A stretch of DNA of 64,000 nucleotides. Source: Dendrobates tinctorius (lineage: Eukaryota). Position numbers and translations under genes: made by a program. The stretch is from positions 17,546,001-17,610,000 of the forward strand of contig NW_027361739.1 of the NCBI RefSeq assembly GCF_039654945.1. Reading direction: 5' to 3'. Of the stretch, positions 26,913 through 39,551 are shown one piece after another. The notes beneath the pieces were generated by a model, which saw only the letters and a program-made list of their open reading frames with translations, was not told the origin of the DNA and did no database searches. Each line of letters begins with the position of its first letter. Within the stretch, counting starts at the first letter, position 1.

Positions 26913-27727
26913 CTGTGAAGAGATGGAGAAGCAGTAAGTCCAGACCCAAGTCAAGGGAATGTACCTAAACCGCAAGTCATGATGAGAATGAAAGGTCCCC
27001 TCCAAAAATCCTCTCTCTTGAGGTGTATGGGGAAGGCGGCAGCTGGGAATCAGCGGATGTCAATAGACTCCCACCCCTGACAGGCGAGAGTCCTGTGGAT
27101 ACACCACGAATGTCCAGGGATAAAGCTAGGAATACACATAAGACAATCGCACCATGTCCTGGCATCAGGTGTTTGACTTCCCTGCAGCGCCCCCTTCTGG
27201 AGAATAGTATTACCCATGCCACATAAAAAAAAAAAAAAAACACATTATTGAAGAAAGCCAATCAGATCCAAGCATTCATTCTCCGGCATGAACACAAAAT
27301 GACAGCTGGGCTCTGGTTACTACAGGTAATGGCGGCTGCACCAGTTATAAGACAACCAAGACATCTATGCATTACATGGAGACATTCAGGGTGGACAAAA
27401 TGCTGAATATTAACCCCCATGATTAATAAAAAAGATACACATTGCAATCCTATTCCCATAAAAGCAATTTTTTTTAAATAGTAGGTAGCAGAGGTATCTG
27501 GGGTGCAGCCCCATGGTCATGTTATATAGGTAGCAAAGCTGCAGGACAGAGCAACAGCGCTGTGGGGGGCTGGGGGTGGCTATTTTCAGCTTCACATCAA
27601 TACATAGTATGGCTCCGGATAGGTTTCCATATGTCCTGTGAAGCCTGATGGAACACAAGTCACATGACACAGCGTTCCTCTACTGAAAACTGGTGCAGTA
27701 TAGCGCAGCACAACCCTATCATACTTG

Positions 27728-28821
27728 AAAGGGAATCTGTCACCAGGTTTTTGCCACCTAATCTGAGAGCAGCATAAAGTAGTAGCAGAGACCCTGGTTC
27801 CAGAGATGTGTCACTTATTGTGCTGCTTAAGCTGGAGTCACACATAGCGACTTATCAGCGATACCGACACCGATATCAAGGTGTCAGGATCGCTGGCAAG
27901 TCGCTATGTGATCGCTGGTGAGCTGTCACACAGACAGCTTCACCAGCGATTAGCACAGCGATGCCGAGCGCCCGGCATCGCTTGCCATCCCTGTAAAAAA
28001 TAGAATTAAAATAAAAAATATTGTTATTCTTTCCTTCCGACGTCCCGCGCAGCCATCCTGCCTCTCTCCACGCTCCGGTCCCAGTAATCCTTTGCGAGAA
28101 TGACCGCGAGAGTCACGGTCTCGTGGGAGCGCGAAGTCTCGTGGTCATTCGTGCAAAGGATCACTGGGGCCGGAGCGTGGAGAGAGGAATGCTGCGCGGG
28201 GACGCCGGAAGGTGAGAATAACAATATTTTTTATTTTAATTCTATTTTTTACAGCTGATCGCTGGTCTCCCGCCTGTCACAGGCAGCGATGCGTGCTGGC
28301 CAGCGGGAGACCAGCGACCAAAGAAATGTCCAGAGGTTTCTTACAGCGATCAGCGATACCGGCCGCTCGCTGATCGCTGTCACACACAGCGATCTCGCTG
28401 GTGAGATCGCTGTTGCGTCACAAAAGTTGTGACTCAGCAGCGATATCGCTAGCGAGATTGCTATGTGTGACTCCCGCTTTAGTGTAGTTTTAATAAAATC
28501 ACTGTTATCAGCACAGATTATCACTGGAGGACTAACAAACCTTAAGCCATGTAATCCTTCATAGTCATGGGCTCTGTATAACCCACCCCAGCCTCTGATT
28601 GGCAGCTTACTGCCTATGCACAGGGTACACAGATAGCTGCCAATCAGTGGTGTGGGCGGAGTTCTACAGGGCTGAGCATTCAGAGAACTGAGAATCTGTT
28701 TTATCTGCTGAATATCTGTCAAAATATCAGCAAGCAGCCAAGAAACTAACATCACTGGAATCCAGGTCTCTTTTGCTGATACCAGAAAGGGAAGCAAAAA
28801 CGTGGTGATAGATTCCCTTTA
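27728..28821. mobile_element. Nested MITEs: outer AAAGGGAATCTGTCA-type, inner 27830-28479 (GCTGGAGTCACACATAGC TIR, internal palindrome)
   Basis: Inverted termini at both levels; TTAA-like target. Confidence 0.7.
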
Positions 28822-29204
28822 AAGGGAGTCTTTAATATTGATTTATGGTATGACGATCAATAAAGTAAATACAAGTATAAATATATTTTTCCATCTGTTT
28901 ATGACTGATCATTTTATTTCGATTGAAACATATATTTCACTTATGAATCTTAAAGAAGTGCTAGATTGCATGATTGATTTTTCTACACTCAGTTTAGGTG
29001 GTCCGAAACCCAATCTGAATTTCACCCTAAATGTCTGTCATCACTTTTATAATATTTTTCGCTCTCTCTCTACTCTGACGATTCATTTGATTATCCCCAG
29101 CGCATGCCCAGGATAGCGTGCACAGAAGCAGCTACTTTGTTCACCCTGAAATGAAGCGTGAAATGAACAGGGAGCGGGCTAGGCTAAGGAGTATGCACCA
29201 CATT

Positions 29205-29469
29205 ATAATAATCTTTATTTTTATATAGCGCTAACATATTCCGCAGCGCTTTACAGTTTGCACACATTTCATCACTGTCCCCGATGAGGCTCACAATCTA
29301 AATTCCCTATCAGTATATCTTTGGAGTGTGGGAGGAAACCGGAGAACCCGGAGGAAACCCACGCAAACACAGGGAGAACATACAAACTCCTTGCAGATGT
29401 TGTCCTTGGTGGGATTCGAACCCAGGACCCCAGCGCTGCAGTGCTAACCACTGAGCCTCCATGCTGCCC
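29205..29469 (-). mobile_element. V-SINE (tRNA head, V-domain, L2-like tail) in ATP5F1E intron 1
   Basis: Minus strand has a GGGTTCGAATCCC B-box, the GGGTTTCCTCCGGGTTCTCCGGTTTCCTCCCACA V-domain and a TGTAAAGCGCTGCGG...GGCGCTATATAA-like tail. Confidence 0.8.
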
Positions 29470-29619
29470 ATGTCATGCGATATTCCTTTGAAAGAGGAAT
29501 GCACAGTGACCGTGCCCTCCCTCGTATGGTCAAATGAAGGCTTCAGGTGCAGGTAATGACAAGCCGCACCGACGCTAGGCCTCCGCCATTCCACAGCGCC
29601 ACTCAGCCCGCGCCCTTAC

Positions 29620-29651
29620 CTGAGGCCTGCCTGTCTCCAGTATGCCACCAT
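29620..29651 (-). CDS. ATP5F1E: ATP5F1E exon 1
   Basis: ATG GTG GCA TAC TGG AGA CAG GCA GGC CTC AG|gtaagg = MVAYWRQAGL(S); 32+124 nt gives 51 aa plus stop. Confidence 0.96.
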
Positions 29652-29749
29652 GATGCCAGCCACACAACACCCGTCCACTGACAGAAACAGCGCAGCCAGA
29701 AGGTCAGAGGGAGAATGCGACAGGAAAAGGATAGTCGCACAGTCAATTA

Positions 29750-29842
29750 CCAATCATAAAAGAGGACAAAGACCAGTCAACCAATCAGGACGTATTTCCG
29801 AGTTAGCCAATCGTGAGCAGGAGCAGGCTACAGTTAACCAAT
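29750..29842. promoter_or_regulatory. ATP5F1E promoter with four CCAAT (NF-Y) boxes
   Basis: CCAATC at 29750, 29781, 29807 and 29838. Confidence 0.7.
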
Positions 29843-31041
29843 CAGAAGAGGTAATATTAGGAGGCGGTGCATCGCCCTGGTCAGCTTTTTTTTTTCTTTT
29901 TTAAAGCTTTATTGACAGCTATTTTAACTAACACTGACAAGTGGAACTAGAATCTGTCCGTCATTTTGTAATACAATATGTCCCTCAGTGCAAGCAGCAG
30001 CCACTCAGAGAGGTCCCAGTGTAGTGACTAGAGAGCATGCAGCCTGTATTGGAACACATAGCTACAGTTTCATTCTTCCCACTTATAGACAGCTGTCAGT
30101 AATGAAACTGTGTGCACTAGATTTGTTGGGTAAAACACATTAAGCATGGCTTTTGTGCAGTCCACCATATTTATGATGTTTCTGCAGAATTATCTGGGCT
30201 TTAGTACCAAATATCACACCCCATTAAACATTTTCTATTAAAGGGAGCCCATCACATTGTCCGTGTGGTCCGATGTGGGGACGGTGTGCTGAGGAGGGGG
30301 AGAAGCTGAGCAGAATTATATATATACAGTGTATATATATATATATATATATATATATGGGTCTGTAGGGAAATCATTCAGCATGTTTCCTATTTTTTTC
30401 AAAGAAATCCCTGATGTTTGTACACAGGAGTCCAGTGGGAGGTCCTACTAGCGTTTGACAGCTGTCCCTGCATGCAGTCATACAGGGACGACTGTCAGTC
30501 ACTGGGTAAGACTGCCCATTGGACTCCTATACAAAAACCAGGGTTTAATGGCTAAAACACAAAGTTTACTGAAACTCTTCCCACAAACAGGAGCATCAGT
30601 CATTTAGTGGCTTATTTTCACAGGCTGATAGATTCTGGTAGGAGCAGAATGTGTCAAAGTCCTCATTCACACATCTGTGTTTAAACACATACATGAAAAA
30701 AACCGTACCGGTATCATCAGTGTTTTGGATCAGTATATGGGCCTTGTGTCCATCTTTACCATCACTATTTTTCACGGATGGATAAATAAATGACAACGCT
30801 TCTCCTATCCTTTGCAGTGTTAAATACGGAAGGCACACGGATGTTATCCGTGTGCTGTACATGTTATTCATGGACCCGTAGACGTATATTGACCCTCTTC
30901 ATCCGTGCTGCCGGAAAAAAACGGACATGTCTCTATATGTTTGCATGAACACCCTGTCCATGAACAACACCGACATCTAAATAGCACCATAGATTATATT
31001 TGGTGCATGTTGTATCCGTGAAAAAATGGACACAACACGTA

Positions 31042-32677
<1,636 letters not shown>

Positions 32678-32949
32678 TATGTGCAACATGGACGTCTGAA
32701 TGAGGTCTTACACAATTGTGTCTTCATACAGCTTCAGGTTATCATCGGCACATCACCTGTTTCAGGTACGGACTGGGACTGAAATTCAGCCCTGGCATTT
32801 GAAATTACACAGACCCATGCTGTCCTTGCCTCCGAGCACCAGATGGGATATATTACTAATACTAGCTGAAGAGCCCGGCGTTGCCTGGGCCTAGTAACCA
32901 ACTGTGGTTAGTTATAACAAATTATAATGATTATATTGCACATAAAACC

Positions 32950-33757
32950 GTGCATCTAATCCTATCCTTTGTGATACTGACTGCTGAACCATGTATCTAA
33001 TCCTATTCTGTGTGATACTGTCTGCTGAGCCTGTATCTAATCCTATTCTGTGTGATACTGTCTGCTGAGCCGTGTATCTAATACTATTCTGTGTGATACT
33101 GTGTGCTGAGCTGCGTATCTAATCCTATCCTGTGTGATACTGTCTGCTGAGCCATGTATCTATTCCTATCATGTGTGATACTGACTGCTGAGCCATGTAT
33201 CTAATCCTATCCTGTGTGATACTGACTGCTGAGCTGTGTATCTAATCCTCTCCTGTGTGATACTGACTGCTGAGCCGTGTATCTAATCCTATTCTGTGTG
33301 ATACTGTCTGCTGAGCCGTGAATCTAATATTATTCTGTGTGATACTTTGTGCTGAGCTGTGTATCTAATCCTATCCTGTGTGATACTGACTGCTGAGCTG
33401 TGTATCTAATCCTATCCTGTGTGATACTGACTGCTGAGCTGTGTACCTAATTCTATCCTGTGTGATACTGTGTGCTGAGCTGTGTATCTAATCCTATCCT
33501 GTGTGATACTGACTGCTGAGCCGTGTATCTAATCCTATCCTGTGTGATACTGACAGCTGAGCTGTGTATCTAATCCTATCCTGTGTGATACTGTGTGATG
33601 AGCTGTGTATCTAATCCTATCCTGTGTGATACTGACTGCTGAGCCGTGTATCTAATCCTATCCTGTGTGATACTGACAGCTGAGCTGTGTTCCTAATCCT
33701 ATCCTGTGTGATACTGACTGCTGAGCCGTGTATCTAATCCTATCCTGTGTGATACTG
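32950..33757. repeat. 41-bp minisatellite inside the Helitron (~19-20 copies)
   Basis: Unit GTGTATCTAATCCTATCCTGTGTGATACTGACTGCTGAGC(C/T). Confidence 0.95.
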
Positions 33758-34120
33758 GGCTCCCCCTTTAGTCTGTGTCAGAGGGTGGTCTGTGTTGGCA
33801 CGGTAATAAATTGTGTTATTTCCATCTTTACAGGACGATAACACCATAGAAATGATAAGAATAATAGGCCTCAGTTACCTCAACTGTCTACAAAGAAAAC
33901 TGTTGCTGATAGCAACCAATCACAGCTCATTTTTCATCTTATAAACAGCTCTGGGACATCATGGCGAGTTTTGAGTGGCGACTTTTGTGTTTCGACTTTT
34001 ATGTGGCGAGGTTGGTGTATGTGTGGTGAAATGTGTGCTGAGGGTGGTATATGTGTTGAAGCACGTGGTCGTGTGTGGCGCATTTTGTGTGTGTGTTCAT
34101 ATCCCCGTGTGTGGTGAGTA

Positions 34121-35443
34121 TGGGTCACCCTCCCAGGGCTGTGGGGTACTCGGTACCGGGCCGGTGTCAGTGGGATGTGTCACAGCGGCGGTGACCTGGA
34201 CCGTGGCCCTGGGCGCCCAAGTAATGGGGATGAATGCAGTTAATGGAATGGAATAGTTCGTGACGCCACCTGTCGTGTTCGGCAAGGGAGATGTTAAGCT
34301 GACGCTGCAGACAGATCCTCTGGGACAGATGGTATGGTGCAGCAGTGATGGTATAGCCCTCCACAGGCAGGGCTGATGTCCCAGGGCAGTGTAGTTGTAA
34401 TGGTTGTGGAAAGGCACAGGCAGTGTAAAGGATGGTACCCAGATGTAGCGGTGCTGAGCGGGTTGGCGCAAGAATGAATGGAGGACACCAAGGCTTGCAG
34501 TTCCAAAGCTTTACTCACAGTCTGCGGTACACAAGGGTGCCTGCCTCCGGGCCGTGTCCTCCGGGTCAGAGACTCAGCCAACCTCCAGGCCAGATGGAAA
34601 GTTCCTCTCCAACACTCCGCCAACATGTACCTTCCCTGAACGACTCCTCCATTGCGCCTTAAAGTGTGAAGATCTCCAGTACCGTGGTACCCTGGAGTTC
34701 CTCCTGTCAGATGTTCCCAAGAACTCTACTCGTATGGCAGACAGCTGTAGCCTGCTTCGGGGACTCCCTTCTCCTGAGTCCCGGCTCTCTATTCAGTTGC
34801 TGTTGTGCCCCAAGTCTTAGATGGGAGTAGTGCACTTACAGCCTACTACTCCACCGGTGTCTGCTGCAGAACCATAAGTGTCCATACAACCTCGGGGACT
34901 GGGCCCCGGCCTTGCGCTGAGAACCTATAGGCAGGGTTCCTCTTCCAACCCACGTCCTCGCTTCTGTTCTCCTTACTCCTTTGTTCCGTACTGATCTTTC
35001 TCTCTCTTATGGAAGCTTAGGTTGCAGTTCTATGTCTTTCTCCTTCTTTTCCTTTCCCGTGACAGCTGGCTCAGATCACTGAGGCAGCTGCAGCACTCCT
35101 TCCTCTATCCCTTCTTCCAGGGATCCTCACTCCTGTCTGTGACTTCTTACCCGCCTGACCTTCTGCCAGACTGAACCTCTAATCCTACACTTTCCCACTC
35201 TTTTATATATCTCAACTCCACCCACCTCCCAGCACATCCAGTGTTCCAAGCAGAGAACCACCAGAGGTGCTATGCTACTCTCCAAGCACTGAGCCGCAGT
35301 GTGGTTGTGCAGAACTACCCTGTTGTGTGGGGTGCGAGTGTTGGAGCATGGAAAGGAGTTCCCACCTTACCTGGATGGTGGGACACTACACCTTAGGAGA
35401 AGGTGCAGTACCTCTGTGGCGACTGAGCCTCAGGGGCGCCACA
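34121..35443 (-). repeat. 3' LTR (1323 bp)
   Basis: Direct repeat of 38232-39551; ATATATAAAA on the minus strand at 35201-35210. Confidence 0.95.
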
Positions 35444-35924
35444 TACCCCCCCGTTAAACACAGCACGTCCGCGGGCTGCAAGGCAACAAAGTTGACAGTA
35501 CAGGAACATACAAAATTTTATAATGCTGCATAAACATTTCTTATCCTAAACTTCCTAATATAGGAGGCATTGTTTCTTGAACGTTACAGACAATTCTTAA
35601 CTAACTATCCAAACTTCAAGTGAAAAGTGCAATTCTTCATACTTTACGTAATTCTAAGTGCTATTATCTGTGACTCACTATCACTTCAGTATTATTCAGC
35701 TTTCCTTCTCTAGTACACGTTTCCTTTCTCTTTCTAGTGTACATTTTCTATTCTCTTTCAAGTGACACCTGTGATACCTGGTTCACCATTCATATTTTCA
35801 ACTCTTTATTTAAATCTCTCATATTAAAACATTTCTTATTCTATCTAAAAGCCATTTCCTAGTTACTAATATTCTCATAAGATATGTCATTATCAAAAAT
35901 ACTTTGCATTAAAACTTTAAACAT

Positions 35925-36150
35925 TGTAAATACAATGTACAATTGTAAATACACACACCTGTACTTTGTATCTCCCCCACCTCATTGTAGATTGTAAGCT
36001 CTCATGAGCAGGGTCGTCTCATTTTGCTTCAATTATTGTATTGTTAACGTTGTTACTTATGACTTGTGTTTTGAAACTGTTAAACTGTAAAGCGCTGCGG
36101 AATATGTTGGCGCTATATAAATAAAGATTATTATTATTATTATTATTATT
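35925..36150 (+). mobile_element. 5'-truncated L2-type LINE 3' end inserted in the LTR element
   Basis: GATTGTAAGCTC...TGTAAAGCGCTGCGGAATATGTTGGCGCTATATAAATAAAG followed by an (ATT)n tail; TTTAAACA on both sides. Confidence 0.65.
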
Positions 36151-36500
36151 TAAACAGTTATTCTTGTAAGTGCTGGACACTGCTCCCAGCCGGGATCTCT
36201 TGCAGTGTCCCTTGAGGTAGACATCATCGTCGAAAAGTGTCCTTATGTAAAATCTTGACATCATCTTCGCAAAGTGTCCTTATGTAAAACAAAGAGAGGG
36301 CACCTAAAGAGGTGCAACTATTTACAATAAAAGTTTTGGATCATACAGCATTCATGATCTCCTCAGTTGCAAGTGCAGAAACGCTGTCAATCAAACAGGG
36401 CAACTTTGGGAAAACCAAAAATTAAACCATGATGAGCAACAAAAAAGGCACAACGGTGCTAAACAAACCCTCCTGGGTCACGAGAGTTACTGTAAATTCA

Positions 36501-37957
36501 CTAATGCTGGTTCCCTCCTGGGGTTCTGGAAGCTGATTGGGTACCGCTACCAGATGCAAAGAAGGCATTTACAGTCCTCAAATATTCCTCCTCTAGTGGG
36601 GTGAAGCCTGTTGTTTTCTGTACCTTTGGCTTAGGCTGCTTCCAGGGGAGATGCTCTGGGTTACCACCTCCTGGTGGGTTGATGGCTTTTCGATCCATTG
36701 CTGCCTGAGGTACAACAGGGGCGGCAACAGGTACCGGGGAAGGCACACGCGCTTTCTCCTTCAGGTAAGTGGACAGTAGATCTTTTGGTATACGCCTGAT
36801 GTTTAACGCGTACCAGCCGCGTAGTCCTTCATGCCGGGTGTAGGTAACATATTCCCCTGGCTGCAGGTCACACGCTGGGTGTCCCTTCCGGAGGTGAGAC
36901 TCCACATCCCTCCGACTGAAGAACAAATCAGAGATCCTCTGAGGGTCTACAACGAATCCAAACCCCCGTTCCCTGTTCACATTGAGGACCTGTCCCCATC
37001 CAGCCGAGTCCCGGGGACCGTAGCGACCTGCGCGGGCCTTCTCTTTCCCATCCAGATATGGGCCTAATACTGCTAGCCGGAGCTGCTCCCTCTCTCGGTG
37101 CTCAGCTGCCAGTTGCCGGATGGTAGCTCGACAATATGCCTCAGTCTTCTCTTCCTCCTCCCGGGACCTGCTCTCACCCACTGGGGCCCGCGGCACCACC
37201 ATTAGGGGTTCAGATGTCTCTCCCTTGGGACTAGCATCCCGGTCCCAAACAAGGTCTAGCACGACCTGTCCTGCCGCTACTACGGGCGTACACCCCAGGG
37301 CCTTCCCAGGTGCAGGGGCTGCAGTCATACCTGGGACCTCCTGGCGGTGCTCCGGCTCCGGTACAGGCCTGAGACGTGGGCCGCTGCAGGGAGATCCACC
37401 GGAATGGCGGGTCCAGGTGTTGGCAGTGGCGGAACTGATGATGGCTTCGGGTCCGCAGGGGCCTCCGATGGGACCTGCGCAGCAGCGTCAAGTTCAGGCG
37501 AGAACACGGCCTCAGCTCCCGGGGACTCCGGTGACTCCTTCGGGCAGGCTGCGACCAACTGGATGGACAGCGAGGAGGTGTACACCGGCGCTGCCTGGGG
37601 ACAGTCCGGTGCAGCGGTGGCAGGTACCGTTGGTGCCGGTACCAGGGCCAGAGGCGCCGGTGGTGTAGGCCCCTCCTGGGCATGCGGCCTGCTCAACCTC
37701 CATAAGGCCTACTGCCTCAGTCGCAGGCGGCACGTCAGCTGGGCGATGACATCTTCTAGTTGCTGGCGGCTCATCTCAGAGACGGGGTCGGGGCCTTCAG
37801 CCATGGCGCCGGGGAGATCCATCTTAACCTCTGCGCGCTCTACAGGCCTCCTTCCCTCACTCTCCAAAATGGTGTTCTTCCTGCCTCGGCCCCTTTCCCG
37901 ACACTGACTTCTTCTGCCCCTCCTTCCGGGGGCGGCGTCTTCTTCCAGCGCCTCCAT
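36501..37957 (-). pseudogene. Element-encoded ~485-aa protein with a C-terminal cold-shock/OB-fold domain; one in-frame TAG (37709) and a probable frameshift (~37380)
   Basis: ORFs 37709-37957 and 37325-37696 share a frame across a single stop; 36501-37328 contains GQV..VNRERGFGFV...DLFF..DV...L.PGEYVTY...GWYALNI (RNP1/RNP2-like CSD pattern, ~36786-37001). Confidence 0.72.
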
Positions 37958-38210
37958 ACCAAGCCAGTATACGAACCCCTCGGGGGGTGGGCCATGTCGC
38001 AGTCACATAGTAATTCAGGCAGGGGAGGCCCAAGACTCTTCGCGGTCTTTTCCTAAGATCTCCTATCTCTTCACGCCATTCTTCTCCACGCCAGCGGCCA
38101 TTTTTAATATTCATGTCACAGTCTATTAAATTGGGTCTTCTACACATTTTCAAAAGTTCAAAGTCCAACAAATCTCAGGCACACAGAACCCAATATCATC
38201 GGGTCTCGTC

Positions 38211-38228
38211 ATCCTGTTCGTGACGCCA
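38211..38228 (-). promoter_or_regulatory. Primer-binding site complementary to tRNA-Ser(CGA)
   Basis: Minus-strand TGGCGTCACGAACAGGAT, 3 nt inside the 5' LTR boundary; the plus strand ATCCTGTTCGTGACGCCA matches the recalled 3' end plus CCA of a vertebrate tRNA-Ser(CGA). Confidence 0.8.
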
Positions 38229-38231
38229 AAT

Positions 38232-39551
38232 TGGGTCACCCTCCCAGGGCTGTGGGGTACTCGGTACCGGGCCGGTGTCAGTGGGACGTGTCAAGTGGCG
38301 GTGACCCGGACCATGGCCCTGGGCGCCCAACTAATGGGGATGAATGCAGTTAATGGAATGGAATAGTTCGTGACGCCACCTGTGGTGTTCGGCAAGGGAG
38401 GTGTTAAGCCGACGCTTCAGACAGATCCTCTGGGACAGATGGTATGGTGCAGCAGTGATGGTATAGCCCTCCACAGGCAGGGCTGATGTCCCAGGGCAGT
38501 GTAGTTGTAATGGTTGTGAAAAGGCACAGGCAGTGTAAAGGATGGTACCCAGATGTAGCGGTGCTGAGCGGGTTGGCGTAAGAATGAATGGAGGATACCG
38601 AGGCCTGCAGTTCCAAAGCTTTACTCACAGTCTGCGGTACACAAGGGTGCCTGCCTCCGGGCTGTGTCCTCCGGGTCAGAGACTCAGCCAACCTCCAGGC
38701 CAGATGGAAAGCTCTTCTCCAACACTCTGCCAACATGTACTTCCCTGAACGACTCCTCTATTGCGCCTTAAAGTGTGAAGATCTCCAGTACCGTGGTACC
38801 CTGGAGTTCCTCCTGTCAGATGTTCCCAAGAACTCTACTCGTATGGCAGACAGCTGTAGCCTGCTTCGGGGACTCCCTTCTCCTGAGTCCCGGCTCTCTA
38901 ATCAGTTGCTGTTGTGCCCCAAGTCTTAGATGGGAGTAGTGCATTTACAGCCTACTACTCCACCGGTGTCTGCTGCAGAACTATAAGTGTCCATACAACC
39001 TTGGGGACCGGGCCCCGGCCTTGCGCTGAGAACCTATAGGCAGGGTTCCTCTTCCAACCCACGTCCTCTCTGTTCTCCTTACTCCTTTGTCCCGTACTGA
39101 TCTTTCTCTCTCTTATGGAAGCTTAGGTTGCAGTTCTACGTCTTTCTCCTTCTTTTCCTTTCCCGTGACAGCTGGCTCAGATCACTGAGGCAGCTGCAGC
39201 ACTCCTTCCTCTATCCTTTCTTCCAGGGATCCTCACTCCTGTCTGAGTGACTTCTTACCCGCCTGATCTTCTGCCAGACTGAACCTATAATCCTACACTG
39301 TCCCACTCTTTTATATATCTCAACTCCACCCACCTCCCAGCACATCCAGTGTTCCAAGCAGGGAACCACCAGAGGTGCTCTGCTACTCTCCAAGCACTGA
39401 GCCGCAATGTGGTTGTGCAGAACTACCCTGTTGTGTGGGGTGTGAGTGTTGGAGCGTGGAAAGGAGTTCCCACCTTACCTGGATGGTGGGGCACTACACC
39501 TTAGGAGAAGGTGCAGTACCTCTGTGGCGACTGAGCTTCAGGGGCGCCACA
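38232..39551 (-). repeat. 5' LTR (1320 bp)
   Basis: Direct repeat of 34121-35443 with scattered substitutions and small indels. Confidence 0.95.

Larger units (their letters stand above)
34121..39551 (-). mobile_element. Non-autonomous Gypsy-like LTR retroelement without pol, carrying a cold-shock-domain ORF
   Basis: Direct repeats 34121-35443 and 38232-39551 with TG...CA ends, 4-bp TSD AGTA, PBS at 38211-38228, PPT at ~35444-35458. Confidence 0.93.

Noticed and set aside
29400-29469. tRNA-like sequence with a B-box
   Set aside because: It is the head of a V-SINE, not a complete cloverleaf tRNA gene
34097-35533. Duplicated short ORFs (also at 38404-39701)
   Set aside because: They are duplicated only because they lie within the LTRs; no recognisable domain
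37120-37907. Plus-strand ORFs of 182-186 aa
   Set aside because: Antisense shadows of the GC-rich element ORF
38211-38228. tRNA 3' end with CCA
   Set aside because: Only 18 nt and adjacent to the LTR, so it is a PBS rather than a tRNA gene
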